Below the pieces are notes generated by a model that did not search any database, was not told where the DNA came from, and worked only from the letters and a program-made list of their open reading frames with translations. Of a DNA stretch of 64,000 bases, positions 18,116 to 28,100 are shown in pieces. The stretch is from Candidatus Saccharimonadota bacterium (GTDB lineage: Bacteria > Patescibacteriota > Saccharimonadia > Saccharimonadales > SZUA-47). The first letter of the stretch is position 1. Each line of letters starts with the position of its first letter. The position numbers and the translations under genes were made by a program. The stretch lies in the NCBI GenBank assembly GCA_016700315.1, contig CP065013.1:449449-513448 (forward strand), in the 5' to 3' direction.

Positions 18116-19474
18116 TTATGCTTGCAGTCGTGTTAAGCAGCGGTAAATTTCGACCATTGCCAGTGTATCGAGCTTACAGTATTCGATTAGATCGGCGAGA
18201 ATTTGCTCTTTTTGGTCAGCTCGCTTATCGTCAAGTATCGCCTCCATCCAGAGTCGTTGGGCTGAACCACCTTCTTGGATGCCTAGTTCCTGATAAGAAA
18301 GCTCTGGGCAGACTACGGGCAAGACTTGTTTTATGCTTGCACTACCATTAAATCGTGGATCATCGTACCACTTGTTCTTAAATGGGATTATTAGATCAAC
18401 AACTCGGGCATTGATAGCCTCCATTGCTTCTTTGTATTCTGGGAGCATTTCGCCAAGTTCTGTATTTCGACTTTTCTCAAACTTCTCGTACCAAACAAGT
18501 ACTGTGCCTTTCGTTCCAATATCATTTAAGAGCTGTTCGGTGAGAGGGCGTGATGGGTCTGAATTCTCACGATGAAGGTATTCCTTCCACTCAAGTTCGG
18601 CATCTGGAGATTTTATGATGTGTAGTGAATACTGAAACGGAACTTGCTGATACGGGCGGTGGCCATCAAAATAAGGAATAAGGCCTGACATGGTTTCATA
18701 ATCCAGAAAATAGAGTGGATATTGAAGATCACCAAGAAAACGCTTGATCTCATCGTGTTGAATAGCTGGTAATACGTCCTCCTCTTGAGATATTGGTTCT
18801 GATGTTACTACAATGGCGTATATTTTGAGCCAATCATTCTTTGATCCAAGCTTAGCAAGATTAGGATTGGGATCTGGCATATTAGGTCGTTTTGCAATTT
18901 CGAGTGCAAGTGGCATATATTTTGCTGTCAGCTCACTCTTAGCTCGAACAGATTCAGATACATCCTGAATATGAGTAATTCCATCTGCTAATATATCTCC
19001 CTGACGAACATATTGATTATTGACGTGTATAACGTGGATTTTTCGTACATTCAATCCACTACCTTCAAGCACGGCGGTTTGAAACGCAAGGTCAAACTCA
19101 TGTTCCGCCTTTACTTTGGTGCTGGCTTTGACTTCAAATAAATCTACTTTATTCTTACCAACGAAACTGACAATATCGCATATACAGGTGAAGTCCTGCC
19201 ACTCGAAACGAGGTTGGAATAATACCTGATCTCCACGATCAATTGCATCCTGTGTTCGCTTGGGCAGTGTTAGATATTCATTATAGTCAGAGAATCCAAG
19301 CGTTTCTCCCTCTGGGAATAATGACTCAGCGTATGGCTCAAACTGATGCCCAGCATCGAACATTGCTTGAGTGTTTTCGTCAACTGGAGGAATCTTCTTT
19401 GGGTCATTCTTTTTTATCCAAAGCCAAGCTGGGTGCTTCAGGAACAACATGTAGTCTGACTTAGATAGTTGCAC
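18116..19474 (-). CDS. PD-(D/E)XK nuclease-like + DUF2779 domain protein
   Basis: N-terminal CDIVSF...LFEVKAS (D...ExK) motif; C-terminal FLDYETM...PYQQVPFQYSLH typical of DUF2779. Confidence 0.7.
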   Translation of the reverse strand: MQLSKSDYMLFLKHPAWLWIKKNDPKKIPPVDENTQAMFDAGHQFEPYAESLFPEGETLGFSDYNEYLTLPKRTQDAIDRGDQVLFQPRFEWQDFTCICDIVSFVGKNKVDLFEVKASTKVKAEHEFDLAFQTAVLEGSGLNVRKIHVIHVNNQYVRQGDILADGITHIQDVSESVRAKSELTAKYMPLALEIAKRPNMPDPNPNLAKLGSKNDWLKIYAIVVTSEPISQEEDVLPAIQHDEIKRFLGDLQYPLYFLDYETMSGLIPYFDGHRPYQQVPFQYSLHIIKSPDAELEWKEYLHRENSDPSRPLTEQLLNDIGTKGTVLVWYEKFEKSRNTELGEMLPEYKEAMEAINARVVDLIIPFKNKWYDDPRFNGSASIKQVLPVVCPELSYQELGIQEGGSAQRLWMEAILDDKRADQKEQILADLIEYCKLDTLAMVEIYRCLTRLQA

Positions 19475-21192
19475 TAAGATACCTTTTCAAGAATATCTAT
19501 TATTACTTGATTTGCCCTAGCATCTTGGAATAGAGCAAAATCATCAGAAAGCATAGCATTTAGTCCGTCCGCGTTTATGTAGTGATGACGAAGAATTGCT
19601 TCTCGTTGATCTATGTCTATTAGCGCAGGGTCATTGAGATAAATTGATGGTGCTTTGTTACTAATTTTCCGGTTTGTTACATCAGAAATTAGTGTTCTGT
19701 TCAATACACAATTTATTTGACTATCTGTTAGCTTGAGATCGCTATTCTTGTAATGTTTTGCAAGGTAATTTTTTGGGAAGATATGGTGGTCATCGAGCGT
19801 ATGTAATGTAATTGCATCGTCAATTCTAAAGTCCCTAGCACCCTTAAGCGCCGAAAGACACATAACTCCGCTATAAACCGAACTACCAGATCTGCTGGTC
19901 GAGTAGAGCTTATTAAGAAGATACTTGTGGTCGAGGTCCTGGCTAATTCTTGCCAAAACATCACTGTCATTCGATTTGCCCATCAAGTAATCCCTTAGAT
20001 CACGGAAGTCACTTGTCGTAGTAGACTCGACCGCACTTGAATATCTCTCCCCAAAAACAGAGCCCCAGTACCATTTGTCAATGGCTCGAGTACTTGTAGC
20101 GTCTAGTCGCTCTGATTGTGAAATGTGTATTAGGGCACCTAGAGTTACAGCCGTACCTGGATATGGTATCCATTTAGTATCAAATGCACCGTATCCCTGG
20201 GTGCTCTTGATTCTGGCTAATGCTTTATCTAAAGATGTTGCAGCAACAACGAAGTCTGTCTCGAAGTTATCGGCGGATAGATTTATTAGTGTGGATGACT
20301 TAACATCAAGTCCACGGAGTAAGGCTATGATCCTTAGAATAAAGATTGCATAAATGTCTGGGTCTTCATCCGATACATGGCTAATGTTTTCGTGTTGTTG
20401 TCGAGCTTCCCGCCAAAGTTGTCTCAATGCAATATTCGATCTATACAAACGTGCCGTTAAAAGATCAAAGACGGTTAACTTCACGCCCTTGCTATTCATT
20501 TTTTCAAACACAGCACATATTTCTGCAATCCCGTCTGCATCATCGTCTTTCACCTTGTCAATTTGTAATGTTGCCACCGTAAAATTAAAGAAAGGTTGTA
20601 GCTTTGCTTGCCAGGCCAGTACTTCCATGGCTCGTTCGGGCTTTATGGCATCGTCAGCGCTAGACATATATTCGGCTTGCCAAGCGTTCCAATGTGCTTG
20701 AGTGAGTGCAGTGAATGGTACAGTCTTCTTTTCAAACTGCAATTCCTTATTTTCGATCAATCTTCTTACATCTCTCTCGCGCTCACCATATATAGCATTT
20801 TCCAGGTCGTCTTTCATAAGTGCTACTAGATTTAGGAAAAATCGATAAGGGCTAGAAGTGTATTTTAGATTTACATTCTGTGGTGCATAAAGTACGTAAT
20901 GGAGAGTTGTGATACGCTGCTGACCATCAAGAATATATTTCTGTACGGTGTCTTCTGAGGCAATATCTGCGACACCTTCAATTGTTCTGTAAGCAAAAGG
21001 TAAGCTTTTGCTATCTGCATCCTGTAGCAATATAGATCCTATGAAGTAGCCCTTGAAAATAGAGATCAGCAAATCTTTCACATCTGCATATGGCCATACA
21101 AAGCTACGTTGAAATTCAGGTAAAACCAACTGTCCTTTCTGGGCTTTCTCTACTAGCCCAAATAAGCTTTGGTTATCTGGTGTTATTTTCAT
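19474..21192 (-). CDS. GmrSD-like DUF262 + DUF1524 (His-Me finger) enzyme, putative modification-dependent (type IV) restriction enzyme
   Basis: LPEFQRSFVW and LDGQQRITTL (DUF262); C-terminal DDHHIFPKNYL...NRTLIS..TNRKISNK (DUF1524). Confidence 0.8.
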   Translation of the reverse strand: MKITPDNQSLFGLVEKAQKGQLVLPEFQRSFVWPYADVKDLLISIFKGYFIGSILLQDADSKSLPFAYRTIEGVADIASEDTVQKYILDGQQRITTLHYVLYAPQNVNLKYTSSPYRFFLNLVALMKDDLENAIYGERERDVRRLIENKELQFEKKTVPFTALTQAHWNAWQAEYMSSADDAIKPERAMEVLAWQAKLQPFFNFTVATLQIDKVKDDDADGIAEICAVFEKMNSKGVKLTVFDLLTARLYRSNIALRQLWREARQQHENISHVSDEDPDIYAIFILRIIALLRGLDVKSSTLINLSADNFETDFVVAATSLDKALARIKSTQGYGAFDTKWIPYPGTAVTLGALIHISQSERLDATSTRAIDKWYWGSVFGERYSSAVESTTTSDFRDLRDYLMGKSNDSDVLARISQDLDHKYLLNKLYSTSRSGSSVYSGVMCLSALKGARDFRIDDAITLHTLDDHHIFPKNYLAKHYKNSDLKLTDSQINCVLNRTLISDVTNRKISNKAPSIYLNDPALIDIDQREAILRHHYINADGLNAMLSDDFALFQDARANQVIIDILEKVS

Positions 21193-22634
21193 ACTTTAAT
21201 TTCTCCTTCTACTACAGCTTTTTTCATAAAATCAACAATATCTGGGTCTACTATCACATCATAGCGCTTAACTGGCGAATCTAAATATAACCCTTCTAGT
21301 GAGACGCATCTACTCAATGCAACGTAGGTTTGTCCATGTGCAAATGCACCATCACTTAGGTCGACTGCTACGGATTGATACGTCTGACCCTGTGATTTAT
21401 GTATTGTTATTGCCCACGCTAAACGTATTGGAAGTTGCTTGAAAGAGCTGATAACTTTCTTATCGAGCTTTCGTTCATCGGGGTCATATTCATATTGGAT
21501 TTTATCCCAACTCGCAGGTGCAATAGTGTGCTCAACACCATCTATATTTACCCTTACAATGTCTTGATTCAATTTTGTTACTACGCCAAGTGTTCCGTTT
21601 ACCCAACGACGTGGCTTTTCAGTATCATTCTTTAGCATCATGACCTGTGCTCCGACTTTTAGCTTTAGTAGCTTTTCTGTGGGGAATGAACTTTGTGTTA
21701 TATTTCCCCAAATCTCCGCTTCGTAAGTTCTTTCTTCGCCAGATAACTCTGCAAGCTTTTTATGATTTATATATGAAACCGTAGAATTATGACCCGCAAG
21801 AGTAATAAACCCGCCCTCTGGCTTTTCTGCCTTGGTACGTTCATTTAGTTCTTTCAGCTGATCTTCTTTGATCTTTCCATATCTTATAGAATTTAGTATT
21901 GCTTTGAAATCAGCATCTTTTTGTCGGAATATCTTATTTAATTCGTAGATACTTAGGTTTGAATTTTTGATCGAGGGGGCATTGAAGAAATAGACTCCGC
22001 CAAAGTTATGTTTGAAGTACCTATCTAATTCTCCGTCCGTAACTACTGGCGGTAGCTGATACAAATCACCAAACATTACCATCTGAATACCGCCAAACGG
22101 CTCATCGTTTTTGCGTGCTATTTGTAGCTTTTCACTGATTGCTTCCATAAGATCAACACGAACCATCGAGATCTCATCGATAACAACCGTATCTATATTT
22201 CGAAGCAACTCACGTAATTTGTAGTCTACCTTTAGATCATCAAAATCAATATCAAATGGCATTTTGAAGAACGAATGTATAGTCTGACCACCGACATTAA
22301 GTGCAGCAACTCCAGTAGGCGCTACTACTACAACTCGCTTGCCACTATTTTCAACAAAATATTGGAGGAGAATAGACTTACCAGTACCAGCTTTGCCAGT
22401 TATATAGTAATTATCATTTGTCGTCTCGATGAGATTAAAAATGTTTGCTTGCTCATCGCTAAGCGTGATGCTTGATATGTCTACTTGCTTTATGTTGAGC
22501 TTTGGTTTCGGCTGAAGTCGGGGACTAGGAGTCGGTTTTTGATATGTGCTTTGGCTCGTATTTTTATTACCAGAAGCTTCACCCACGAAGTAGGCTATAG
22601 CACCTACTAAGCCAATGACTATTAGCCACTCCAC
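21189..22634 (-). CDS. Pif1/RecD-like SF1 helicase with N-terminal transmembrane helix
   Basis: GKAGTGKS, VVIDEISMV, GDLYQLPPV, TIHKSQGQTY, YVALSRC; N-terminus MEWLIVIGLVGAIAYFVGEA is hydrophobic. Confidence 0.8.
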   Translation of the reverse strand: MEWLIVIGLVGAIAYFVGEASGNKNTSQSTYQKPTPSPRLQPKPKLNIKQVDISSITLSDEQANIFNLIETTNDNYYITGKAGTGKSILLQYFVENSGKRVVVVAPTGVAALNVGGQTIHSFFKMPFDIDFDDLKVDYKLRELLRNIDTVVIDEISMVRVDLMEAISEKLQIARKNDEPFGGIQMVMFGDLYQLPPVVTDGELDRYFKHNFGGVYFFNAPSIKNSNLSIYELNKIFRQKDADFKAILNSIRYGKIKEDQLKELNERTKAEKPEGGFITLAGHNSTVSYINHKKLAELSGEERTYEAEIWGNITQSSFPTEKLLKLKVGAQVMMLKNDTEKPRRWVNGTLGVVTKLNQDIVRVNIDGVEHTIAPASWDKIQYEYDPDERKLDKKVISSFKQLPIRLAWAITIHKSQGQTYQSVAVDLSDGAFAHGQTYVALSRCVSLEGLYLDSPVKRYDVIVDPDIVDFMKKAVVEGEIKV

Positions 22635-22637
22635 GGC

Positions 22638-25600
22638 TTAGGTATCTTTCTCGCTAAAATCAAGCTTCGGCAGGTTACTAACAATGTCTACTGTCTGTAC
22701 GCTTACATTGATGACACTTAACAGTAGATCAAGTATATATCTAGGGTTCCCAACCTCTTTTGCCCAATCATTCGGGTCATTTGTGATGCCTGTCTTCTTG
22801 TCGGTTCTTACTTGATACCTATCAATAATCCACTCTATTGCACTCTTGCCATTTACTACATACTCATACGCTTTTTCAGGAATATCATCGATTGTTATCT
22901 GGGCATTGTATATTATCTTATCCTTGTGCTCCTTATTCGGGAATTTCATCTTCTGGACAATATAATTATTGTGTTGGGTACCGGTCACCTTAACGCCTTC
23001 ATAAGGCAGAACGTCTTCATAATTTACATGTATGTCAGCGAGCTTTCGGCCAGCCTTACTGAATTCCCAGAATTCTTCGGGTTTTTCTACTAGTGGCAAT
23101 CTTGGTAGCATTTTTGATAAGTCATTTGCGAATTCATGCCGATAATCAGTGCTATGAAGTAAGCCATACACATAGTAGAATATATCCTCTTTAGAAATAT
23201 TCTGGTTAGGGTACTGGTCATTAGCTGTCCGTAAGACGTAATCGCTGATACCGTCTTTTCTCACATAATCATCGTTAGTTTCGCCAAATAATGACGGCAT
23301 TGAGTTATTTATCTTTTCATAAAGATGTAGCGGGTAGCACTGTGAATTCTGCATAACTTGGTAGTCTGAGACAAGATTAGTCATAAGTGAGGAAAACTCC
23401 TTTGAACCACCAATGCCAGTAACACAAATCGTGTAGTTCTCATTTGTGCCTACTGAAATGTCATTCCATTTACCAGGGCGGTAAATTGTAGGTTTTGATC
23501 TCACCATGAACTGCTTAAAGAACGGTCTATAAACCACCGTGTCCAGGATGTCTTTTTTAACTCGATTTTCAACCCAATAGTCATTAGATATTTTTGAATT
23601 GTATACCTTTGCATCACCTTTGCTTTGTATGCCCATTGACTTTACATTGAACACAGATTTGTCCTCGTCGTTTTCTTGCAGGGGCAGAAATTTCTTGAAG
23701 GAATCGTTTCTTAGATTAACCCAATCTGCATGTTCATTTGGATGTATAGTCTGCCAGCTCATTACAGATTCTACAGTTCTAAATTCACTAATCGTTTTTA
23801 ATTTCTGGTCTTGTGATAAATAATCGCCAATATCGAGGTAGTATATTTTAGCTTTATCGCTTTGATTTTCTTGGTCTTTAACCAATAATGTAATTGATAT
23901 TGGCGTTCTCGTACCAGCACCAAAAACGTTGCCAGCTTCACGCCTACGCTGTTCACCACTAGTGCGTGCATTACCTCTAAGATTAAAGACGTATATGCTA
24001 GTAAATTCCTCTTCTAGACTTTTCCTGAAACCAGACATAGCTGAGTTCTCAAGCCAAGCACCATTGCTTACGAAACCAACTACGCCACCCTCATCACCTA
24101 AGCGATCTGAAGCCCAGCGGTACGCCTTAATGTAAGAATCGTATAACTTATTTTTGTTATTCGTATCAACACTTTTTGCATAGGTTTTTTCTATTCTTTT
24201 TTCTAGCTTAGGGTATTTCTGATTCTGTGCATTGTCATCAGTAGATTTTTGCCCTGCAGAATATGGAGGGTTACCGATGATTACCCTTAGTGGAGACTTC
24301 TTTTGGCGTTGTAGGCGTTCTGAGTTCTCTGCGAGGGCTTCACTGAACAATTTAGCATTGTCATCTTCTTCATAGAGCTGGAATGTATCTGTAAGTACTA
24401 CGCCTTCGAAGCTATCATACTCGTCTTTTTCTAGTAAATCATGGTAGGCGTTCTCGATATTCACTGCCGCAATATAGTAAGCAAGCAGTACGATTTCATT
24501 TGCGAATATTTCTTGTTTATATTTTCTCTCTAGGTCTCTAGGTTCGATAACGCCACTTTGGAGTAATCTCGTAATGAATGTACCCGTGCCTGTAAATGGG
24601 TCTAAGATATTTACATTTTCATCACTTAAGCTTCTGCCGAACTCTTTCTTGAGCACATCATTTACTGAATGAATGATAAAGTCCACAACCTCAATAGGCG
24701 TATAAACAATTCCTAATTGTTCTACCATTTTAGGAAATGCAGTCTTAAAGAATTTGTCGTATAGCTCAACAATGATTCGTTGCTTACCCTCAGAGTTGTC
24801 TATGCCTTCGGCACGCTTACGAACTGACTTATAGAACCCTTCTAATAGTTCTGCGTCAACATCTTCAATTGCTTTAGCTTCAATGGCATCTAAAGCTTTT
24901 TGCATAGAGATTGATACAGCATTGTTTTGCACAAACGAGTAACCCTCAAACAAAGCCTCAAAAACTGGTTTAGTAATAATGTGCTGAGAAAGCATTTCAA
25001 TAGCTTGCTGTTCTGTAATGGAAGGATTGATATTTTTTTGTAGACCCTTAACAAACTGGCGGAATGCCATGTGTGCTTCGTCATCTTCGTCAACAATTTT
25101 TGTAATCCGAATTATTTGACGTTCTGCAATATCTGCTACATTTTTAGCCCAGTTCTCCCAATACTGACGATCACCAACTTTCTGCACCATCTTTGCGTAT
25201 ATTGCTGTTTGTAGTGCATCAAATTGCAGACCGAGCTGAGTGTTTTTAACTTGTGCCTGTGCTGATTCAAGATCGTTGAAGGGGTCACCATCACCATCTG
25301 GATCTGGACGACCAACTAATATTTGATCTGGACGGTTTTTATTTAGATCAATCTTGTTGACGGTCGCGTTAAAACGGTCGTCGTGAGCTCGCAATGCATT
25401 AAGTACGGTCCAGACAACTTTATATCTTTCATTATCATCGAGGGCTTTTTCTGGCTCGACATCCGTTGGCACTACAATTGGTATAACTATGTAACCATAT
25501 TTTTTTCCAGGACTTTTACGCATTACACGCCCAACAGACTGTACTACATCTACTTGTGAATTTCGTGCAGACAGGAACATTACGGCGTCTAGAGACGGAA

Positions 25601-27329
25601 CATCTACACCTTCACTAAGACAACGCACGTTAGTCAATACCCGTGCTTCTTGTTGATTTTCAAGCTCTTCCTTAAGCCATGACATTAGTTCGTCTCGTTG
25701 TGTAGCTGACATAGCACCATCGATATGCTTTGAATTGAGCTGGACGAGTGTTTCTCGTTTTAACTCTGGAACAGATTCTGAGTAGGTGTCACTAATAGCA
25801 TTGAAAGAGTCGGTTATTTTTTTAGAGGTCTTAATATTTGAAGTAAAAGCTACTGCTCGTCTCATAGGTTCAGGATCATAAATATGAACCGTGCCTTTTT
25901 CACCCAATATTTGCTTGGACATAGCATTGATACAACCAATAAGCTTTGATGCGTCGTCAACGCTAATTTCGTGTTCTGGATTTTGTATGACTTTTTGGAC
26001 TTCTGGGGTTACATCGTTTTCTGAAAGAGTGAGGATTAAAACCTTATAGTCTGACAAAAGATCATGTTCTACAGCCTCTCCAAAGCCTATACGATAGATC
26101 TCTTTTCCGTACAATGCCTCGTCATCCATAGAGCAAATAACTGCTGAGGAATCTTCAGCTTTACGCTTTGATTCCTCGCCATACAAGCGAGGGGTAGCTG
26201 TCATGTAGATACGCTTGTCAGCATTTATGAATGCATTGTCATGAATTTTTACAAAAGCAGATTCATCATTACCTGCAAGAGTTACTCCAGTAGTTCTATG
26301 TGCTTCATCGCATATTACTAGATCAAATTTTTCGTACTTACTACCTATGCTCTCAAGTCGTTTTTGTGCTTTAGAGATAACATCTATTGACTGATAGGTT
26401 GAGAATACGACAGTCAGCCCCTTCTTATTAGTCATTTCAAAGTATTCAAATTGCTTTAGTATTTGATTGACATTAGTAGAAGCCGGAATAGCTAGATCAA
26501 CAATGCTAAATGTCTGGGCATCTTCATTCTTCTTTTTGTCTTTAGTAATCTCAGAGTCCGAACATATTGCTATCGGGTTTATTTCTTCCTTTGCATCAGC
26601 AGTCCATTCACGCAGTGTCTGACCAAGTAAGGCAATAGATGGGACAAGGAACAACACAACTCCATCTTTTTGCGTTATTTCTTCTGCGATACGTAAACTC
26701 GTAAATGTCTTACCTGTACCGCAAGCCATTATCAATTTTCCTCTACTGTTTCCTTGAGAGAAATAATCCATAGACTTGTGAAGCGCATCACGCTGATGAA
26801 ATCGAAGTTCCTTTTTGGCGGTACGTGCCTTGTCGCCATAGATGCCCTGATCTATCTTTAACCAGTCAACTGGAGCCTCTTCCAGATCATTTAGGCTTAA
26901 CCTAGTAACTGGTGGGTCTTGATGTAGTAAAGTCTCATTTGCCGTAGAAGTCCATTTATTGGTAGTCGATACCCATAAGCGATAGCTAAACTTAATTCGG
27001 TTTTTATCTGCATCTTCAAAACTTTTGCCTGAAGTAGACAGGAATGTATCAACTTCTTCTTTACTAATACCTGAGTCTGCCTGATAGCACTTACATTGGA
27101 TGGCCCAGTATTCACCCTCAGTAGTGAGTGCAACTAAATCTATCCCGACATCTTTTCCGCCGAATGAACTTCTATGTGGAAATTCATTCCAAAGCCATAT
27201 TTTTTCTAGATGCCTATACTTTGGGTCAGTATAAAAGTAGGCTTGAATTAGGCGTTCAAATCTTGTTCCTTTATCTCGTTCCGAGTGAGCTAAATTGCGG
27301 TATTTTTCTAGAATTTTGTTGAATGCCAT
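22638..27329 (-). CDS. Type ISP restriction-modification enzyme (Mrr-like nuclease + SF2 translocase + N6-adenine methyltransferase + target-recognition domain)
   Basis: 1563 aa; GIDLVA...AIQCKCY nuclease core, ACGTGKT / ICDEAH helicase motifs, GNPPYSAGQ methylase motif IV; architecture and size match LlaGI-type enzymes. Confidence 0.85.
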   Translation of the reverse strand: MAFNKILEKYRNLAHSERDKGTRFERLIQAYFYTDPKYRHLEKIWLWNEFPHRSSFGGKDVGIDLVALTTEGEYWAIQCKCYQADSGISKEEVDTFLSTSGKSFEDADKNRIKFSYRLWVSTTNKWTSTANETLLHQDPPVTRLSLNDLEEAPVDWLKIDQGIYGDKARTAKKELRFHQRDALHKSMDYFSQGNSRGKLIMACGTGKTFTSLRIAEEITQKDGVVLFLVPSIALLGQTLREWTADAKEEINPIAICSDSEITKDKKKNEDAQTFSIVDLAIPASTNVNQILKQFEYFEMTNKKGLTVVFSTYQSIDVISKAQKRLESIGSKYEKFDLVICDEAHRTTGVTLAGNDESAFVKIHDNAFINADKRIYMTATPRLYGEESKRKAEDSSAVICSMDDEALYGKEIYRIGFGEAVEHDLLSDYKVLILTLSENDVTPEVQKVIQNPEHEISVDDASKLIGCINAMSKQILGEKGTVHIYDPEPMRRAVAFTSNIKTSKKITDSFNAISDTYSESVPELKRETLVQLNSKHIDGAMSATQRDELMSWLKEELENQQEARVLTNVRCLSEGVDVPSLDAVMFLSARNSQVDVVQSVGRVMRKSPGKKYGYIVIPIVVPTDVEPEKALDDNERYKVVWTVLNALRAHDDRFNATVNKIDLNKNRPDQILVGRPDPDGDGDPFNDLESAQAQVKNTQLGLQFDALQTAIYAKMVQKVGDRQYWENWAKNVADIAERQIIRITKIVDEDDEAHMAFRQFVKGLQKNINPSITEQQAIEMLSQHIITKPVFEALFEGYSFVQNNAVSISMQKALDAIEAKAIEDVDAELLEGFYKSVRKRAEGIDNSEGKQRIIVELYDKFFKTAFPKMVEQLGIVYTPIEVVDFIIHSVNDVLKKEFGRSLSDENVNILDPFTGTGTFITRLLQSGVIEPRDLERKYKQEIFANEIVLLAYYIAAVNIENAYHDLLEKDEYDSFEGVVLTDTFQLYEEDDNAKLFSEALAENSERLQRQKKSPLRVIIGNPPYSAGQKSTDDNAQNQKYPKLEKRIEKTYAKSVDTNNKNKLYDSYIKAYRWASDRLGDEGGVVGFVSNGAWLENSAMSGFRKSLEEEFTSIYVFNLRGNARTSGEQRRREAGNVFGAGTRTPISITLLVKDQENQSDKAKIYYLDIGDYLSQDQKLKTISEFRTVESVMSWQTIHPNEHADWVNLRNDSFKKFLPLQENDEDKSVFNVKSMGIQSKGDAKVYNSKISNDYWVENRVKKDILDTVVYRPFFKQFMVRSKPTIYRPGKWNDISVGTNENYTICVTGIGGSKEFSSLMTNLVSDYQVMQNSQCYPLHLYEKINNSMPSLFGETNDDYVRKDGISDYVLRTANDQYPNQNISKEDIFYYVYGLLHSTDYRHEFANDLSKMLPRLPLVEKPEEFWEFSKAGRKLADIHVNYEDVLPYEGVKVTGTQHNNYIVQKMKFPNKEHKDKIIYNAQITIDDIPEKAYEYVVNGKSAIEWIIDRYQVRTDKKTGITNDPNDWAKEVGNPRYILDLLLSVINVSVQTVDIVSNLPKLDFSEKDT

Positions 27330-27669
27330 ATTATAAACTATTGTATCTTAAAATTACCTCTGTTGGAAACTTGCTTTTTATTGGCCGTAAATGACACGGT
27401 TATGTTTGCAGCAAATAAAATTACTCGTAAATTGCAAGAAAACACGTCCTGACCACTCCAAATGCGTGTCAGTGGGCATCAAATAATCGTTCATCTATTT
27501 GGTAATTATTTGGTTGGGGTATGGCTCACAAATTTTTCGGCCAGATTTTCGACCCTAATCGTCGTTTTTGTATCTAATTTCGGATGGGTTATCTAGCAAA
27601 ATTTTGTTCGATGCTACAAGTTAAGCTACTGAACAGTACGAAAACTAAATGACACTTTGTTGCGACACT

Positions 27670-28008
27670 CTATCGCATAATTTACCCTGGCTGTAAAAGC
27701 CGTATCACAGACTATGACGAATATGTAAAGGGCCTGAAAGCTCGACGAGAGCTATTAGACGACCAGCTCGTTAATTTGGCCCACAATGATAAAGATTCTC
27801 CATTGACCAGTTAGTATCTGTTAGAAATAGCTGCAGAAGCTCCTAAGCTATTCCAAAGTTCAATAGCGGCTCTAAATCCAAGCTTTTACGCTTTTTACTT
27901 TCGTACCTCATAACTCAGGACAAAAAGCTCGTTTTCAATCTAAAAGCACCATTTGATGTAATCTCAGAGTGCTCTCAAAATCAATCTTGGGTCGGGAGGC
28001 CAGATTAA
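27670..28008 (+). pseudogene. remnant of the C-terminal part of a large serine recombinase
   Basis: ITDYDEYVKGLKARRELLDDQL...TS*YLLEIAAEAPKLFQSS. After a frameshift it continues KLLRFLLSYLITQDKKLVFNLKAPFDVI...WVGRPD. One in-frame TAG (27812-27814), at least one frameshift, and no catalytic N-domain upstream. Confidence 0.55.
27989..28008 (-). other. tRNA 3'-end fragment (att-like copy of the 33558-33577 tRNA end)
   Basis: TGGGTCGGGAGGCCAGATT versus tRNA end TGGCTCGGGAGGCCAGATT (one mismatch). Confidence 0.7.
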
Positions 28009-28100
28009 TAATGTATAATCCGCCCGTTTTGTCCGCCGGCTATCGGGCGGGGGATTATCGAACTTCCAGTTCGAACCAGGCATCTTTCGATGTCAAAAAG

